This document shows, in pieces, positions 16,325 through 24,143 of a DNA stretch of 45,005 nt (position 1 is the first letter of the stretch; the number at the start of each line of letters is the position of its first letter). The notes beneath the pieces were generated by a model. The model was given only the letters and a program-made list of their open reading frames with translations, had not been told where the DNA came from and did no database searches. The position numbers and the translations under genes were made by a program. The DNA comes from a virus: positions 1 through 45,005 of the IMG/VR virus record IMGVR_UViG_3300045988_045233; one strand, written 5' to 3'.

Positions 16325-17455
16325 TCAGTATTTCATCTTTTGCATTTCCTGTAACAAGTATGTCGGGTCGTTGTGGGAAACGTACTTGTTTGCTGTGGTG
16401 GAAAAATTTTTGTGGCCGAGGATAGCCTGCACGGCAGTTTTTTCAAGACCGCACTCCACCATCTTGCTGCTGGCCGTGTGGCGAAGGGTGTGCGGGTGCA
16501 CACCATCGATCTGACACTCCTGCATCAAGGCTCGGAACTTTGTGGCCACGTTTCGCTTGTCCAGCTTCGTTCCGGCCTTGGAAGGTATCAGCCACTCGCA
16601 CCCGCTGTCCATCATCCAGAAGGCGATGATCTTGTAAATGGGGTCGAGGATGGGGATGATGCGGTTTTTGCCCGCTTCCGTTTTTTCACCGCCCTGCATG
16701 TAGTGCTCTTTCAGGTACACGTTCTCGCAGCGCATGGAAAGCAGCTCATCGATGCGCATACCGGTATAGAGAAGCACCATAGCGATCTGGGCCGTCTGGC
16801 CGAAGCGCTTGTCGGTCTGGTAGGCGCTGATCCGGGCAATCTCGTCCGCCGTAAGGGTGCGCTCTGCCTTTCCGGCTGCGGCAGGAAGGTGAAGGAGCTG
16901 GGCATAGTTCTTGTTTATGATGTCCTGGGCCATTGCCCACTCACATAGCTGGCTGAAAAGGGTGCGCTGCTTCTCACACGAGCTGCGGGAGAGACCGTCT
17001 GCAACCATCTGGTCTATGATCTGCTGATAGTCCTCCGCTTTCAGGTCTCGCATTTGTCGGCTGTACAGCGGAGCGGATTTTTTGAAAGCCAGCTCGTATC
17101 CATTTATCATGTCCCGGCTGAGACTTGAAAACTTCGGCTGTGCCCGCCATTTTTCGTAGGCATCCGCAAAAGTACACTTCAGGCGTTCTGCCGGGGTGTT
17201 CTGGGCATTGTATGCGTCAAGCGCCTGGACGGCTTCTCCGGGCGTTCCGTATGTGCCCAGCACTTCCTTTTTCCCGGTCATGGCTACATAGGGCCTTGCC
17301 CGGACCCCTTTCAGCTTGTACACGCTGCCGCTTCCCTTTGGGCGGCGGCGCTTTTTTCTATGCACGGGAGCGGACGTTGCATCCTGCTGCTTTCCGCACC
17401 ACGGGCAAAATAAAGCCTTGTCCGGGATGTTTACGTGGCATCTGACACACTTCAT
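16325..17455 (-). CDS. int: Tyrosine integrase with an N-terminal zinc ribbon
   Basis: 376 aa with the catalytic pattern TGMRIDELL, HTLRHT, LGH and ANKYVSH (R..HxxR..H..Y). N-terminal CxxC...CxxC. RBS AAAGGAG. Confidence 0.9.
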   Translation of the reverse strand: MKCVRCHVNIPDKALFCPWCGKQQDATSAPVHRKKRRRPKGSGSVYKLKGVRARPYVAMTGKKEVLGTYGTPGEAVQALDAYNAQNTPAERLKCTFADAYEKWRAQPKFSSLSRDMINGYELAFKKSAPLYSRQMRDLKAEDYQQIIDQMVADGLSRSSCEKQRTLFSQLCEWAMAQDIINKNYAQLLHLPAAAGKAERTLTADEIARISAYQTDKRFGQTAQIAMVLLYTGMRIDELLSMRCENVYLKEHYMQGGEKTEAGKNRIIPILDPIYKIIAFWMMDSGCEWLIPSKAGTKLDKRNVATKFRALMQECQIDGVHPHTLRHTASSKMVECGLEKTAVQAILGHKNFSTTANKYVSHNDPTYLLQEMQKMKY

Positions 17456-17458
17456 GCG

Positions 17459-18046
17459 CTACTCCTTTCTGCGCCCTATATAGCCCAAAGCGCCGTTCTC
17501 TGACGCTGCGCGCCCGGATTTGTAATTGATCTTCAAATCCTCCATCGGGGGATGCGGCTCGTCCGGGCACGGGTCAAGCCCTCTGATCTGGGCAAAGCTG
17601 TACTGATCGATGATGGTGCCGCACACGCTGACCCGGTTGTTGAGAGGGCAGTGGAGGTTTGCGGCTATTTCAGAGATAACTGCAGGCGGGCTGCTCCCGT
17701 GTCGGCCCTTGAGCACGAACAGCAGAAGCCGCCTGGAGAGCGGGGGAAGTGCCTGCACCAGCGTGTGAAGCTCCTTGTCTATGGCCGCGTCTTCCTTCTG
17801 GTTGTCTGGCACTGCGTACAGATCCGGGTGCATAACTTCCATAAACACCGTGATGGGGGACACTCCGCAGGCTGCGCACCAATCCATGATCTCGTCACTG
17901 TCTGGGCTTGTGTCTCCTTTTTCCCAGCTTTGCACCGTCCGCTCTCCCTTCTGGAGGCGGATCGCAATCTCTCTTTGACTTAGCCCGGCGGATACCCGCG
18001 CTTTTGAAAGTGCCTTCCCGATTTGAGCAGCGGTAAAATAACTCAT
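17459..18046 (-). CDS. XRE-family HTH regulator (candidate repressor), co-oriented with int
   Basis: ATG at 18046 after GGGTGA. HTH AAQIGKALSKARVSAGLSQREIAIRLQKGERTVQSWEKG, plus a ~130 aa C-terminal domain of unknown function. Confidence 0.75.
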   Translation of the reverse strand: MSYFTAAQIGKALSKARVSAGLSQREIAIRLQKGERTVQSWEKGDTSPDSDEIMDWCAACGVSPITVFMEVMHPDLYAVPDNQKEDAAIDKELHTLVQALPPLSRRLLLFVLKGRHGSSPPAVISEIAANLHCPLNNRVSVCGTIIDQYSFAQIRGLDPCPDEPHPPMEDLKINYKSGRAASENGALGYIGRRKE

Positions 18047-18070
18047 ACTTATCACCCCTAAACGCAACGT

Positions 18071-18110
18071 GTTATAAAAGAAAAATGGCGCAGAAAAACT
18101 CTGCGCCATT
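18071..18110 (-). terminator. Minus-strand intrinsic terminator upstream of the XRE-int operon
   Basis: Perfect 10-bp stem AATGGCGCAG/CTGCGCCATT, followed on the minus strand by TTTCTTTTAT. Confidence 0.55.
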
Positions 18111-18203
18111 CGACAAAAATTACACCAATTTCATTTTCCTCTGGCGCATGGTAGAATCTGGTACATAAGATGTAAATATTACCAAAAACAGGAGGAAAAT
18201 GAA

Positions 18204-18314
18204 ATGAAAAACAGTCAGACGATCAGCATGGACCCCGATATAACCATCATTGACGGAATGCCCGCCAGCGTGCTCACCGGCACGCGGCCCACTCCGAAGC
18301 CCTGGGAGGAATGA
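18204..18314 (+). CDS. Small hypothetical protein (36 aa)
   Basis: ATG after AGGAGGAAAATGAA. An extended -10 (TGgTAGAAT, 18149-18157) lies upstream. Confidence 0.35.
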   Translation: MKNSQTISMDPDITIIDGMPASVLTGTRPTPKPWEE

Positions 18315-18317
18315 TCT

Positions 18318-18527
18318 ATGGACAAGATGCAGAGCTTTTGTACCCACATCCGCGCCGCCCTGGCGTGCTATGAGGATATGCCGCCCGAGTGTCAGACTCG
18401 GGCCCGATTCTATGTGGTCCGCAAGGCGGAAAGCGTCCGGCGCTTGCTGGATGCCGCCAACTGCCCCGGCGGGGAGCTTGCCGGGGAACTGCTGCAGAAG
18501 ATGCAGCGGCTGGACGACTTCAAGTGA
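18318..18527 (+). CDS. Hypothetical protein (69 aa)
   Basis: RBS GGGAGGAA, ATG at 18318. More protein-like than the antisense ORF 18120..18554. Confidence 0.5.
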   Translation: MDKMQSFCTHIRAALACYEDMPPECQTRARFYVVRKAESVRRLLDAANCPGGELAGELLQKMQRLDDFK

Positions 18528-18619
18528 AAATCTAACTATTTTCAGAAAAATCAAATTTATTTTGTGATATCTATTGAATATTACAACTGAAAGATGTATA
18601 ATGCGTTTGTGGTAGGAAA

Positions 18620-19567
18620 TTAGCTATTAGGGAAAGCCTTAATAGGTTCAAGTCTTCGGTCCCCAATCTCTGCCATCCAAGCCTGATACTTTTCCGAATT
18701 GTCTTTCTTATGCTTAAAATAAGTTCTGAAGGTTTTTGGAAATGAAGTGATTCCGAGTTCAGAGTAAAATTCAAATTCTGACATCTCAAAATGGTATGGA
18801 TCTGTGCAGTCGTAGGTTCCGAGCTGAAAATTTCCATCCCACGAATCAATCAACCCAGTTGAAATAGAATTAAAGACATGAACCTTTGTGTTGTAGTAGA
18901 TGCTTAACCGAGGAATCTTTTTGAAAAGGCATTTTTCTTTTAGCTGCTTTTCCAGAGACGGGCAATTTAAGTATTCTCCGCGATACGTCTCAAAATCATC
19001 TGGAAGAGAAATATCACTGCTCCCAGATATTTGCGTTCCAACATAAAAGGCTCTTAGGTCACTCTTGAACGCTTCCGAGTTATTGCAATCTGAAAAATCG
19101 ATAGCTTCTGAATTGCGAATATAGCAGAGAACATGGGACGGAATTTCCTTTTCTTCTTTCCAATACTCATAAATTGAGTTTTGAGATGATGATGAGCCGG
19201 GAGAAGTAAGGCTGGAGCCAAAAGAAATCGATATTCCATGAGGAATAACACTGTTTCGTTCGTACTCTGCACGGGCATTATATGCACCGAGATAGTCTCT
19301 TTCCATTACAAGCGACATTATTTTTCGGTGTGCGGCGTTTCGTCGGTCTCTTTCGGTTTTCTTGAAATCTTTTGATACTGTTTTACCGGAATTTGTTAAA
19401 GCATATTTTTCAGGAGTGTCAATGATGTAACCTTCAGAAATGATCTCTTTGACATTTTTGTCGAAAGGATAAAACCGATCTTTTACATCATCATGGAGCC
19501 CCCACTTCTTTTCCCGGTCACCAAGGTAATTCACTAGGAAGCTTTTCTCTTGCCATGTCATAATCAA
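18620..19567 (-). CDS. Hypothetical cytoplasmic protein (313-315 aa), no recognisable domain; second gene of the low-GC cassette
   Basis: Long AT-rich ORF. Start is TTG at 19567 or ATG at 19561, 2 nt after the upstream stop (translational coupling). The N-terminal ~100 aa may be winged-helix-like. Confidence 0.6.
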   Translation of the reverse strand: MIMTWQEKSFLVNYLGDREKKWGLHDDVKDRFYPFDKNVKEIISEGYIIDTPEKYALTNSGKTVSKDFKKTERDRRNAAHRKIMSLVMERDYLGAYNARAEYERNSVIPHGISISFGSSLTSPGSSSSQNSIYEYWKEEKEIPSHVLCYIRNSEAIDFSDCNNSEAFKSDLRAFYVGTQISGSSDISLPDDFETYRGEYLNCPSLEKQLKEKCLFKKIPRLSIYYNTKVHVFNSISTGLIDSWDGNFQLGTYDCTDPYHFEMSEFEFYSELGITSFPKTFRTYFKHKKDNSEKYQAWMAEIGDRRLEPIKAFPNS

Positions 19568-19569
19568 AT

Positions 19570-20100
19570 TTAATTGAAGAATGTTGAGTAGGTGATAATA
19601 GACGTTGTGATTTTATTGTTCTCATAATTGATCCAAATGTCATTGATTCCGCAGTTATAAGCGCGATACCATGTTCCGGTGTCGTTTACAGTGGTCTTAC
19701 CTGTCTTTTTCAGATTGAACATTGTAAGGAACTGATCTTTATACTTATAAGGGAAAACGTCATAAAGTGTGATTCGATGCAGGCGTTCAAATACGAAATC
19801 ATATGTATTGTTTCCATAGAACAGCGTATGAATGGCTTGACCGTTGCTGTAAGTCCAGTCTTCGGTACTGTCTGGCTCTCCGATCATGCTGATAAGTTCA
19901 TCTTCTGTCAGGCCGGAACCGTCTTCGTGCTCATATTTTGTGGCATCGAATACAACGTCAACATCGTCTGCAATATTTTTGGCAGAAAGAAAACTAAACG
20001 CAAGCCCGAACACAAGAATCGCAACGATAATTGCGCATCCATTTGGTTTTTTCTTCGTTTTTTCGCCGTTGTTGACAATATCATTCTTTTTCCGAGCCAT
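19570..20100 (-). CDS. Hypothetical membrane-anchored protein (176 aa); first gene of the low-GC cassette
   Basis: ATG at 20100 after AGAGGTG. Lys-rich N-terminus, single TM (CAIIVAILVFGLAFSFLSA), then a ~130 aa extracytoplasmic domain. Confidence 0.6.
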   Translation of the reverse strand: MARKKNDIVNNGEKTKKKPNGCAIIVAILVFGLAFSFLSAKNIADDVDVVFDATKYEHEDGSGLTEDELISMIGEPDSTEDWTYSNGQAIHTLFYGNNTYDFVFERLHRITLYDVFPYKYKDQFLTMFNLKKTGKTTVNDTGTWYRAYNCGINDIWINYENNKITTSIITYSTFFN

Positions 20101-20113
20101 AAAAACACCTCTT

Positions 20114-20144
20114 AGATTCAAAAATAGGCAGCCAACCGGCTGCC
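20114..20144 (-). terminator. Minus-strand hairpin terminator or attenuator just upstream of the cassette
   Basis: 7-bp stem GGCAGCC/GGCTGCC with loop AACC, followed on the minus strand by TATTTTTGAAT. Confidence 0.5.
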
Positions 20145-20373
20145 AGAAAACAAATTTTCAATGACCAAAGGAGGAAAAGAAAGTGCGAGAACATAGCACA
20201 GAATTGATGAAGTCGGCCCCGGAATGTGTTATACTTGAGAAAATCAAGCTTGCACTTTCTCTTGACATTGACGTTGTCGCGCTGCTGGAAGCTGCGCAGA
20301 AAGGATGATTCCTATGACTTCCGAAAAATGGATGCTCGCAACCATCATCATCGATCATCTTCTGATCGGCTAC

Positions 20374-20577
20374 CTACTTCTTAAAACTCGCAATCTGTGA
20401 CATGACGGTCAAGATTCCGCTGAACCATGCAACGAATGGGGCTGTTTTCTCCATGAACTTCCAGATCGATGAACCGATCTGACGGACGGCTTTCTTTGGG
20501 AGTGATCGCTTGTATCGTTTCCACGCTTCTTTGTCCGCCCGGATGAACGGTTCAATCTCTTTGTTCCGAATCTTCAT
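20374..20577 (-). CDS. Small hypothetical protein (67 aa) with a hydrophobic C-terminus
   Basis: ATGA overlap with the upstream XRE gene. Confidence 0.45.
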   Translation of the reverse strand: MKIRNKEIEPFIRADKEAWKRYKRSLPKKAVRQIGSSIWKFMEKTAPFVAWFSGILTVMSQIASFKK

Positions 20578-20927
20578 TCTTTCCCCTTCGCTGCCTCAAG
20601 TGCAGCGTCAAGCATTTTTTCAAACATAACCCTTTGCGCAGGGTTAAGCTGCTCATACTTATATAGTATGGCTTTAGCGTGCGCATTCAGCTCACTCTCT
20701 TCACTGGGAGTGTGCTTTTCTTTTTGCTCCGGTGCTTCACCGGTCAGCTCTTCCACTGTTACACCTAGCGCATCTGCGACCGGTTTAATCATTTTTTCGG
20801 GGATATCCCGATTATTCGCAAGCATTTCAGACAGGTAACTCCGGCTTTTTCCTATCTGAGCGCACACAAATGCAAAGCTTATACCCTTGCTTTTAGCGAT
20901 TTGTTTAGCTCTTTCCACATTTCGCAT
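20574..20927 (-). CDS. XRE-family HTH regulator (CI-like side of the second switch)
   Basis: ATG at 20927 after GAGGTG. HTH SKGISFAFVCAQIGKSRSYLSEMLANNRDIP. Confidence 0.75.
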   Translation of the reverse strand: MRNVERAKQIAKSKGISFAFVCAQIGKSRSYLSEMLANNRDIPEKMIKPVADALGVTVEELTGEAPEQKEKHTPSEESELNAHAKAILYKYEQLNPAQRVMFEKMLDAALEAAKGKE

Positions 20928-20987
20928 AGAAAACACCTCGCATTTTTGTGCATCTAAACAAACTATTAGAAAATCGCAGATTCACTA

Positions 20988-21016
20988 TTGAAACCTAATC
21001 AATTGTTTAGTATAAT
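20988..21016 (+). promoter_or_regulatory. Strong sigma-70-type promoter for the Cro-like operon
   Basis: TTGAAA (20988-20993), 17-nt spacer, TATAAT (21011-21016), flanked by the inverted repeat CTAAACAA (20954-20961) / TTGTTTAG (21003-21010). Confidence 0.6.
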
Positions 21017-21118
21017 ACGAAGCACAGGGACAAAACATAACAAAGCCCCTGAATATTTTATCGGGCTTTCGCTGGATTTTATGCACTTGTATCTCGCACT
21101 TACATAGTAGCATATTTC

Positions 21119-21155
21119 CTAGCGATTTTCAAGCCCAGAAAGGAGAAATCGCTAG
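21119..21155 (+). promoter_or_regulatory. 10-bp perfect inverted repeat enclosing the Cro-like RBS
   Basis: CTAGCGATTT (21119-21128) and AAATCGCTAG (21146-21155). AAAGGAG sits in the 17-nt loop and the 3' arm ends on the first base of the GTG start. Confidence 0.5.
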
Positions 21156-21367
21156 TGAATCTTTCGAAAATTGACGAATTCAGGAAGCTGCATGGCCTAT
21201 CAAGAACGGAACTAGAGGTTGCCGCAGGCCTGAGCAATGGAGCACTCGGACGTTGGGAACGTAGCGTCTACGGCCCCAGCATCAAGCAGCTGATGAAGGT
21301 GGCCCGATACTTTAAGGTATCCGTGGACAAGCTGCTGGTGGAAGAAGAAGGGGGGAAGACAGCGTGA
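21155..21367 (+). CDS. XRE-family HTH protein (Cro-like)
   Basis: 70 aa, GTG start. HTH LSRTELEVAAGLSNGALGRWERSVYGPS. Divergent from 20574..20927. Confidence 0.7.
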   Translation: MNLSKIDEFRKLHGLSRTELEVAAGLSNGALGRWERSVYGPSIKQLMKVARYFKVSVDKLLVEEEGGKTA

Positions 21368-21486
21368 ACAAAAAGCCCAGCCGTAAGCACGACTGGACCA
21401 CAACGAAGATTTTGGCTGCGACGGTTTGCGTTCAGGTTGTGACACTTATCTTGCAAATCATCAACTTAATCAGGAAATTTACCTGA
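21364..21486 (+). CDS. Small hypothetical membrane peptide (40 aa)
   Basis: GTGA overlap with the Cro-like stop. Hydrophobic stretch ILAATVCVQVVTLILQIINLI. Confidence 0.3.
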   Translation: MNKKPSRKHDWTTTKILAATVCVQVVTLILQIINLIRKFT

Positions 21487-21581
21487 AAAGTGAAAGAAGC
21501 GCGCCGAAGGTTATTTAGAGCATCTGCAAGATTCTGGACATTAACTCGCCCACAGCTTAAAAAAGGAGATGAACAACACCT

Positions 21582-21743
21582 GTGCTTTCGTTAATACTTA
21601 TTTTGGCTATCTGGGTTGCAGTGGTTCTCTGCAATCTGATCGCACGGAAAGTGGCTTCGGAGATTTCCGGTTGGTATCTTCCGTACACTATCGTGATTGG
21701 AGTTCTTACAACGGGATTTCTTCTTTTGACTGCAATCTTGTAA
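21582..21743 (+). CDS. Small two-TM hypothetical protein (53 aa)
   Basis: GTG 13 nt after AAGGAG. The product is strongly hydrophobic and more protein-like than the overlapping track ORF 21569..21802. Confidence 0.4.
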   Translation: MLSLILILAIWVAVVLCNLIARKVASEISGWYLPYTIVIGVLTTGFLLLTAIL

Positions 21744-22137
21744 TGATTTTATTGAGAAGCTGCACTTTTTCATCCAGTTTATCACCAAAGGATGTTTCGT
21801 AGCTTATCAGTTTATCCATTGCAAGAATATCTTTCTGGATTTCTTTTGGGACGTAGTAAGCAGCCAGCGCCGAATGAGAGCCATATTCCTGCAGGTTTTC
21901 TACTGTGGGCGACTGAATAGCCGCACCAGCCGCACGGATGTAACCCTCGTAGATTTCACGCTCACGTTTTATGCGTTCCTCGTGCTCCTGATGCTCATAG
22001 TCCATCCGCTTCATTTTTTGTTGATGCCAGTTATTACAAAGCGCGGTCAGCATTGGAGACAGCAAAGCACAGAACGAAACGATCATTGCTACCAACCCAG
22101 ACCAGTCCGAAACAGACATCCCAGCATTTTGTTCCAT
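21706..22137 (-). CDS. Hypothetical membrane-anchored protein (143 aa)
   Basis: RBS GGGAGGTG. N-terminal TM, then a charged helical region. Lies on the opposite strand to the early genes. Confidence 0.55.
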   Translation of the reverse strand: MEQNAGMSVSDWSGLVAMIVSFCALLSPMLTALCNNWHQQKMKRMDYEHQEHEERIKREREIYEGYIRAAGAAIQSPTVENLQEYGSHSALAAYYVPKEIQKDILAMDKLISYETSFGDKLDEKVQLLNKIITRLQSKEEIPL

Positions 22138-22199
22138 TTTAACACCTCCCTTCCGACCGATTATACCACGGGAAGGGAGACCCCAACAAGGAGGTTTAC

Positions 22200-22895
22200 A
22201 TGACAGACATCATCTTATCCACCCAGAACGGCGAGCCGGTGGCATCCAGTCGCCAGATCGCTGAGAATTTTGGCAAGCGTCACAACGATGTGATGGAAGC
22301 GATTCGCAATGTTTTAGCTACGGAAAAATCCGTAACTAAATTTTTCCACGAATCATCGTTTGAGTATCGCGGCCAGACCTACCCCATGTACCTGATGAAC
22401 CGGGACGGGTTCAGCCTGCTGGTGATGGGCTTTACCGGCAAGGCGGCGCTGGAGTGGAAGCTGAAGTACATCCAGGCGTTCAACGAGATGGAAAAGAAGC
22501 TGGCCACTCCGCAGATGCCCAAGCTCAGCAAGGAGCTGCAGGCGCTGTTCCTGCTGGACGACCGCACCCAGAGGCAGAAGCAGCGGATCACGGCGCTGGA
22601 AAACAACATGGTCGTGGACTATGACCAGCAGCTTTCCCTCAAGAATGCCGTGAACCACGTTGTTGTGGAAGCTCTGGGCGGCAAGAACGCCCCGGCATAC
22701 GGCGATTCCCATGTACGGGGCATGGTTTACTGCGAGATCAACAAGGACATTCAGATGTGGTTCCGGGTCAGCAGCAGAAACAACATTCCCCGCAAGCGCT
22801 TTGACGAGGCGGTGGAGTACATCCAGCGCTGGAAGCCCAGCACCAACACCGTGATGCTGATCCAGCAGTCCAACGGCCAGACCAGCATGTTCTAA
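22200..22895 (+). CDS. Rha-family regulatory protein with an ORF6C-like C-terminal domain
   Basis: The N-terminus is a paralogue of 12096..12887 (SSRQIAENFGKRHNDVMEAIRN, YLMNRDGFSLL). The C-terminal domain is different. Confidence 0.8.
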   Translation: MTDIILSTQNGEPVASSRQIAENFGKRHNDVMEAIRNVLATEKSVTKFFHESSFEYRGQTYPMYLMNRDGFSLLVMGFTGKAALEWKLKYIQAFNEMEKKLATPQMPKLSKELQALFLLDDRTQRQKQRITALENNMVVDYDQQLSLKNAVNHVVVEALGGKNAPAYGDSHVRGMVYCEINKDIQMWFRVSSRNNIPRKRFDEAVEYIQRWKPSTNTVMLIQQSNGQTSMF

Positions 22896-22917
22896 GGAAG
22901 GAGATGGGGTGTGCAAA

Positions 22918-23124
22918 ATGACAAAGACCGGCTTTCGCAAGGCGCTCGCACAGGCAGACTGTTACAAGCCGTTCTGCTACACCGAGAAAAGCCAAAGCGG
23001 GCATGAGTACAAGTACTGCTTTATGAAAAGCAGAGAGGGCTACACCCTGCGCAACGAGACCACGGGCAATACCGTATTTTGTGGCTACAACCGCAAATTG
23101 GCAGAAGAAATCATGGTTTACTAA
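22918..23124 (+). CDS. Hypothetical protein (68 aa)
   Basis: ATG at 22918 downstream of AAGGAAGGAG. Early operon. Confidence 0.5.
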   Translation: MTKTGFRKALAQADCYKPFCYTEKSQSGHEYKYCFMKSREGYTLRNETTGNTVFCGYNRKLAEEIMVY

Positions 23125-23158
23125 AACCAATTTGTTTTGAAAGGAAGGAGACAGCGGC

Positions 23159-23413
23159 ATGAGCGAAAGGATCACAATGAAAGGCGTTGCAGAGTGCTGC
23201 GAGATGTTCCGGGCAAACCTCGTTCCGATGAGCCCGAGCAAGTTCTGGAATAATGTTGCACACGGCGAGTATGACGGGTGGGTGGTCCCCCGGGAAGATA
23301 CCAAACGGCGGCAGGCTACAATCTACATCGACGGTTTTATCGATTATATGCACCGGCACGGACGCAAGATCGTCCGCCCGTATGAGAACTACAAGGAGGA
23401 AATGGAAGTATGA
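23159..23413 (+). CDS. Hypothetical protein (84 aa), possibly DNA-binding
   Basis: RBS AAGGAAGGAG. Early operon. Confidence 0.5.
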   Translation: MSERITMKGVAECCEMFRANLVPMSPSKFWNNVAHGEYDGWVVPREDTKRRQATIYIDGFIDYMHRHGRKIVRPYENYKEEMEV

Positions 23414-23628
23414 ATATCAGTCCGAACGCTCAGTTAAAAATCCAGTTGGGGAAGGATGGAAACCCCGAGATTTATGCCTGCGGTACAGAGATGGAACAGA
23501 GAGCCCTTTGCGCCGCTCTGATTGCCGGGATTTGCATAGATCAAAGAAATCCGGAAACATTGCTCAGCATATTGAATACTGCCACAGACATCATGGACAG
23601 AATGGAGGAATCACCCAATGAAGATTAA
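23410..23628 (+). CDS. Hypothetical protein (72 aa)
   Basis: ATGA-type overlap with the upstream gene. Confidence 0.5.
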   Translation: MNISPNAQLKIQLGKDGNPEIYACGTEMEQRALCAALIAGICIDQRNPETLLSILNTATDIMDRMEESPNED

Positions 23629-23899
23629 ATCCTGCGTCTGGTACTGGCTGGCTGCTGCCAGCGGTGCCGCAAGTCTGCTGTACGGCATGGGCATCGAGGG
23701 CAGCGCACAGACGGGCAGCACCATCTCCGACGGCCAGTTCGCCACGGCTTTGTGCCTGGTGCTGGCAGCGGTGATGTTCCTGCGGCTGGGCTTTGCCGCC
23801 CAGGATCGTGAGCAGAACGCCCGCCGTTATGGCCGCGTTGACCGCACCCACGCCCGCACCGAGGAGCCGGAGTACCGGCAGAACCGGAGGGGCGCATGA
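23618..23899 (+). CDS. Hypothetical membrane protein (93 aa, two hydrophobic segments)
   Basis: RBS GGAGGAA. Overlaps its neighbours. Confidence 0.5.
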   Translation: MKIKSCVWYWLAAASGAASLLYGMGIEGSAQTGSTISDGQFATALCLVLAAVMFLRLGFAAQDREQNARRYGRVDRTHARTEEPEYRQNRRGA

Positions 23900-24099
23900 G
23901 CATGACTGTATATGCTTACGCCTACCGTAAGAGCCCTCGGGGCTGCGATGTCAGACAGTTCACAGACCCGCTCACGCCGGACGAATACCCCGGGGAGCCC
24001 GCCAGCGTTAAGGCCCAGCACTGGGCAGATGAGAACATCCTACATTACGAGATGATCCAGGTGCGGGACGCTCTGGGGAACCTGCTGTACGCAAGATAA
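23896..24099 (+). CDS. Hypothetical protein (67 aa)
   Basis: Overlapping start, RBS GGAGGGG. Confidence 0.5.
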   Translation: MSMTVYAYAYRKSPRGCDVRQFTDPLTPDEYPGEPASVKAQHWADENILHYEMIQVRDALGNLLYAR

Positions 24100-24143
24100 T
24101 GCGTTTTGGATTACATAAACCACAAGATATAGGAGAAATCGGC

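Noticed and set aside
18120-18554. 144-aa minus-strand ORF between the XRE gene and the low-GC island.
   Set aside because: It has no RBS and an implausible composition. The plus strand carries two RBS-backed ORFs (18204..18314 and 18318..18527) that explain the region better.
21569-21802. 77-aa plus-strand track ORF, and the 65-aa minus-strand ORF 21591..21788.
   Set aside because: The ATG abuts the Shine-Dalgarno with no spacer, and the product is Ser/Cys-rich and not protein-like. The alternative frame from GTG at 21582 has proper spacing and encodes a clean two-TM peptide.
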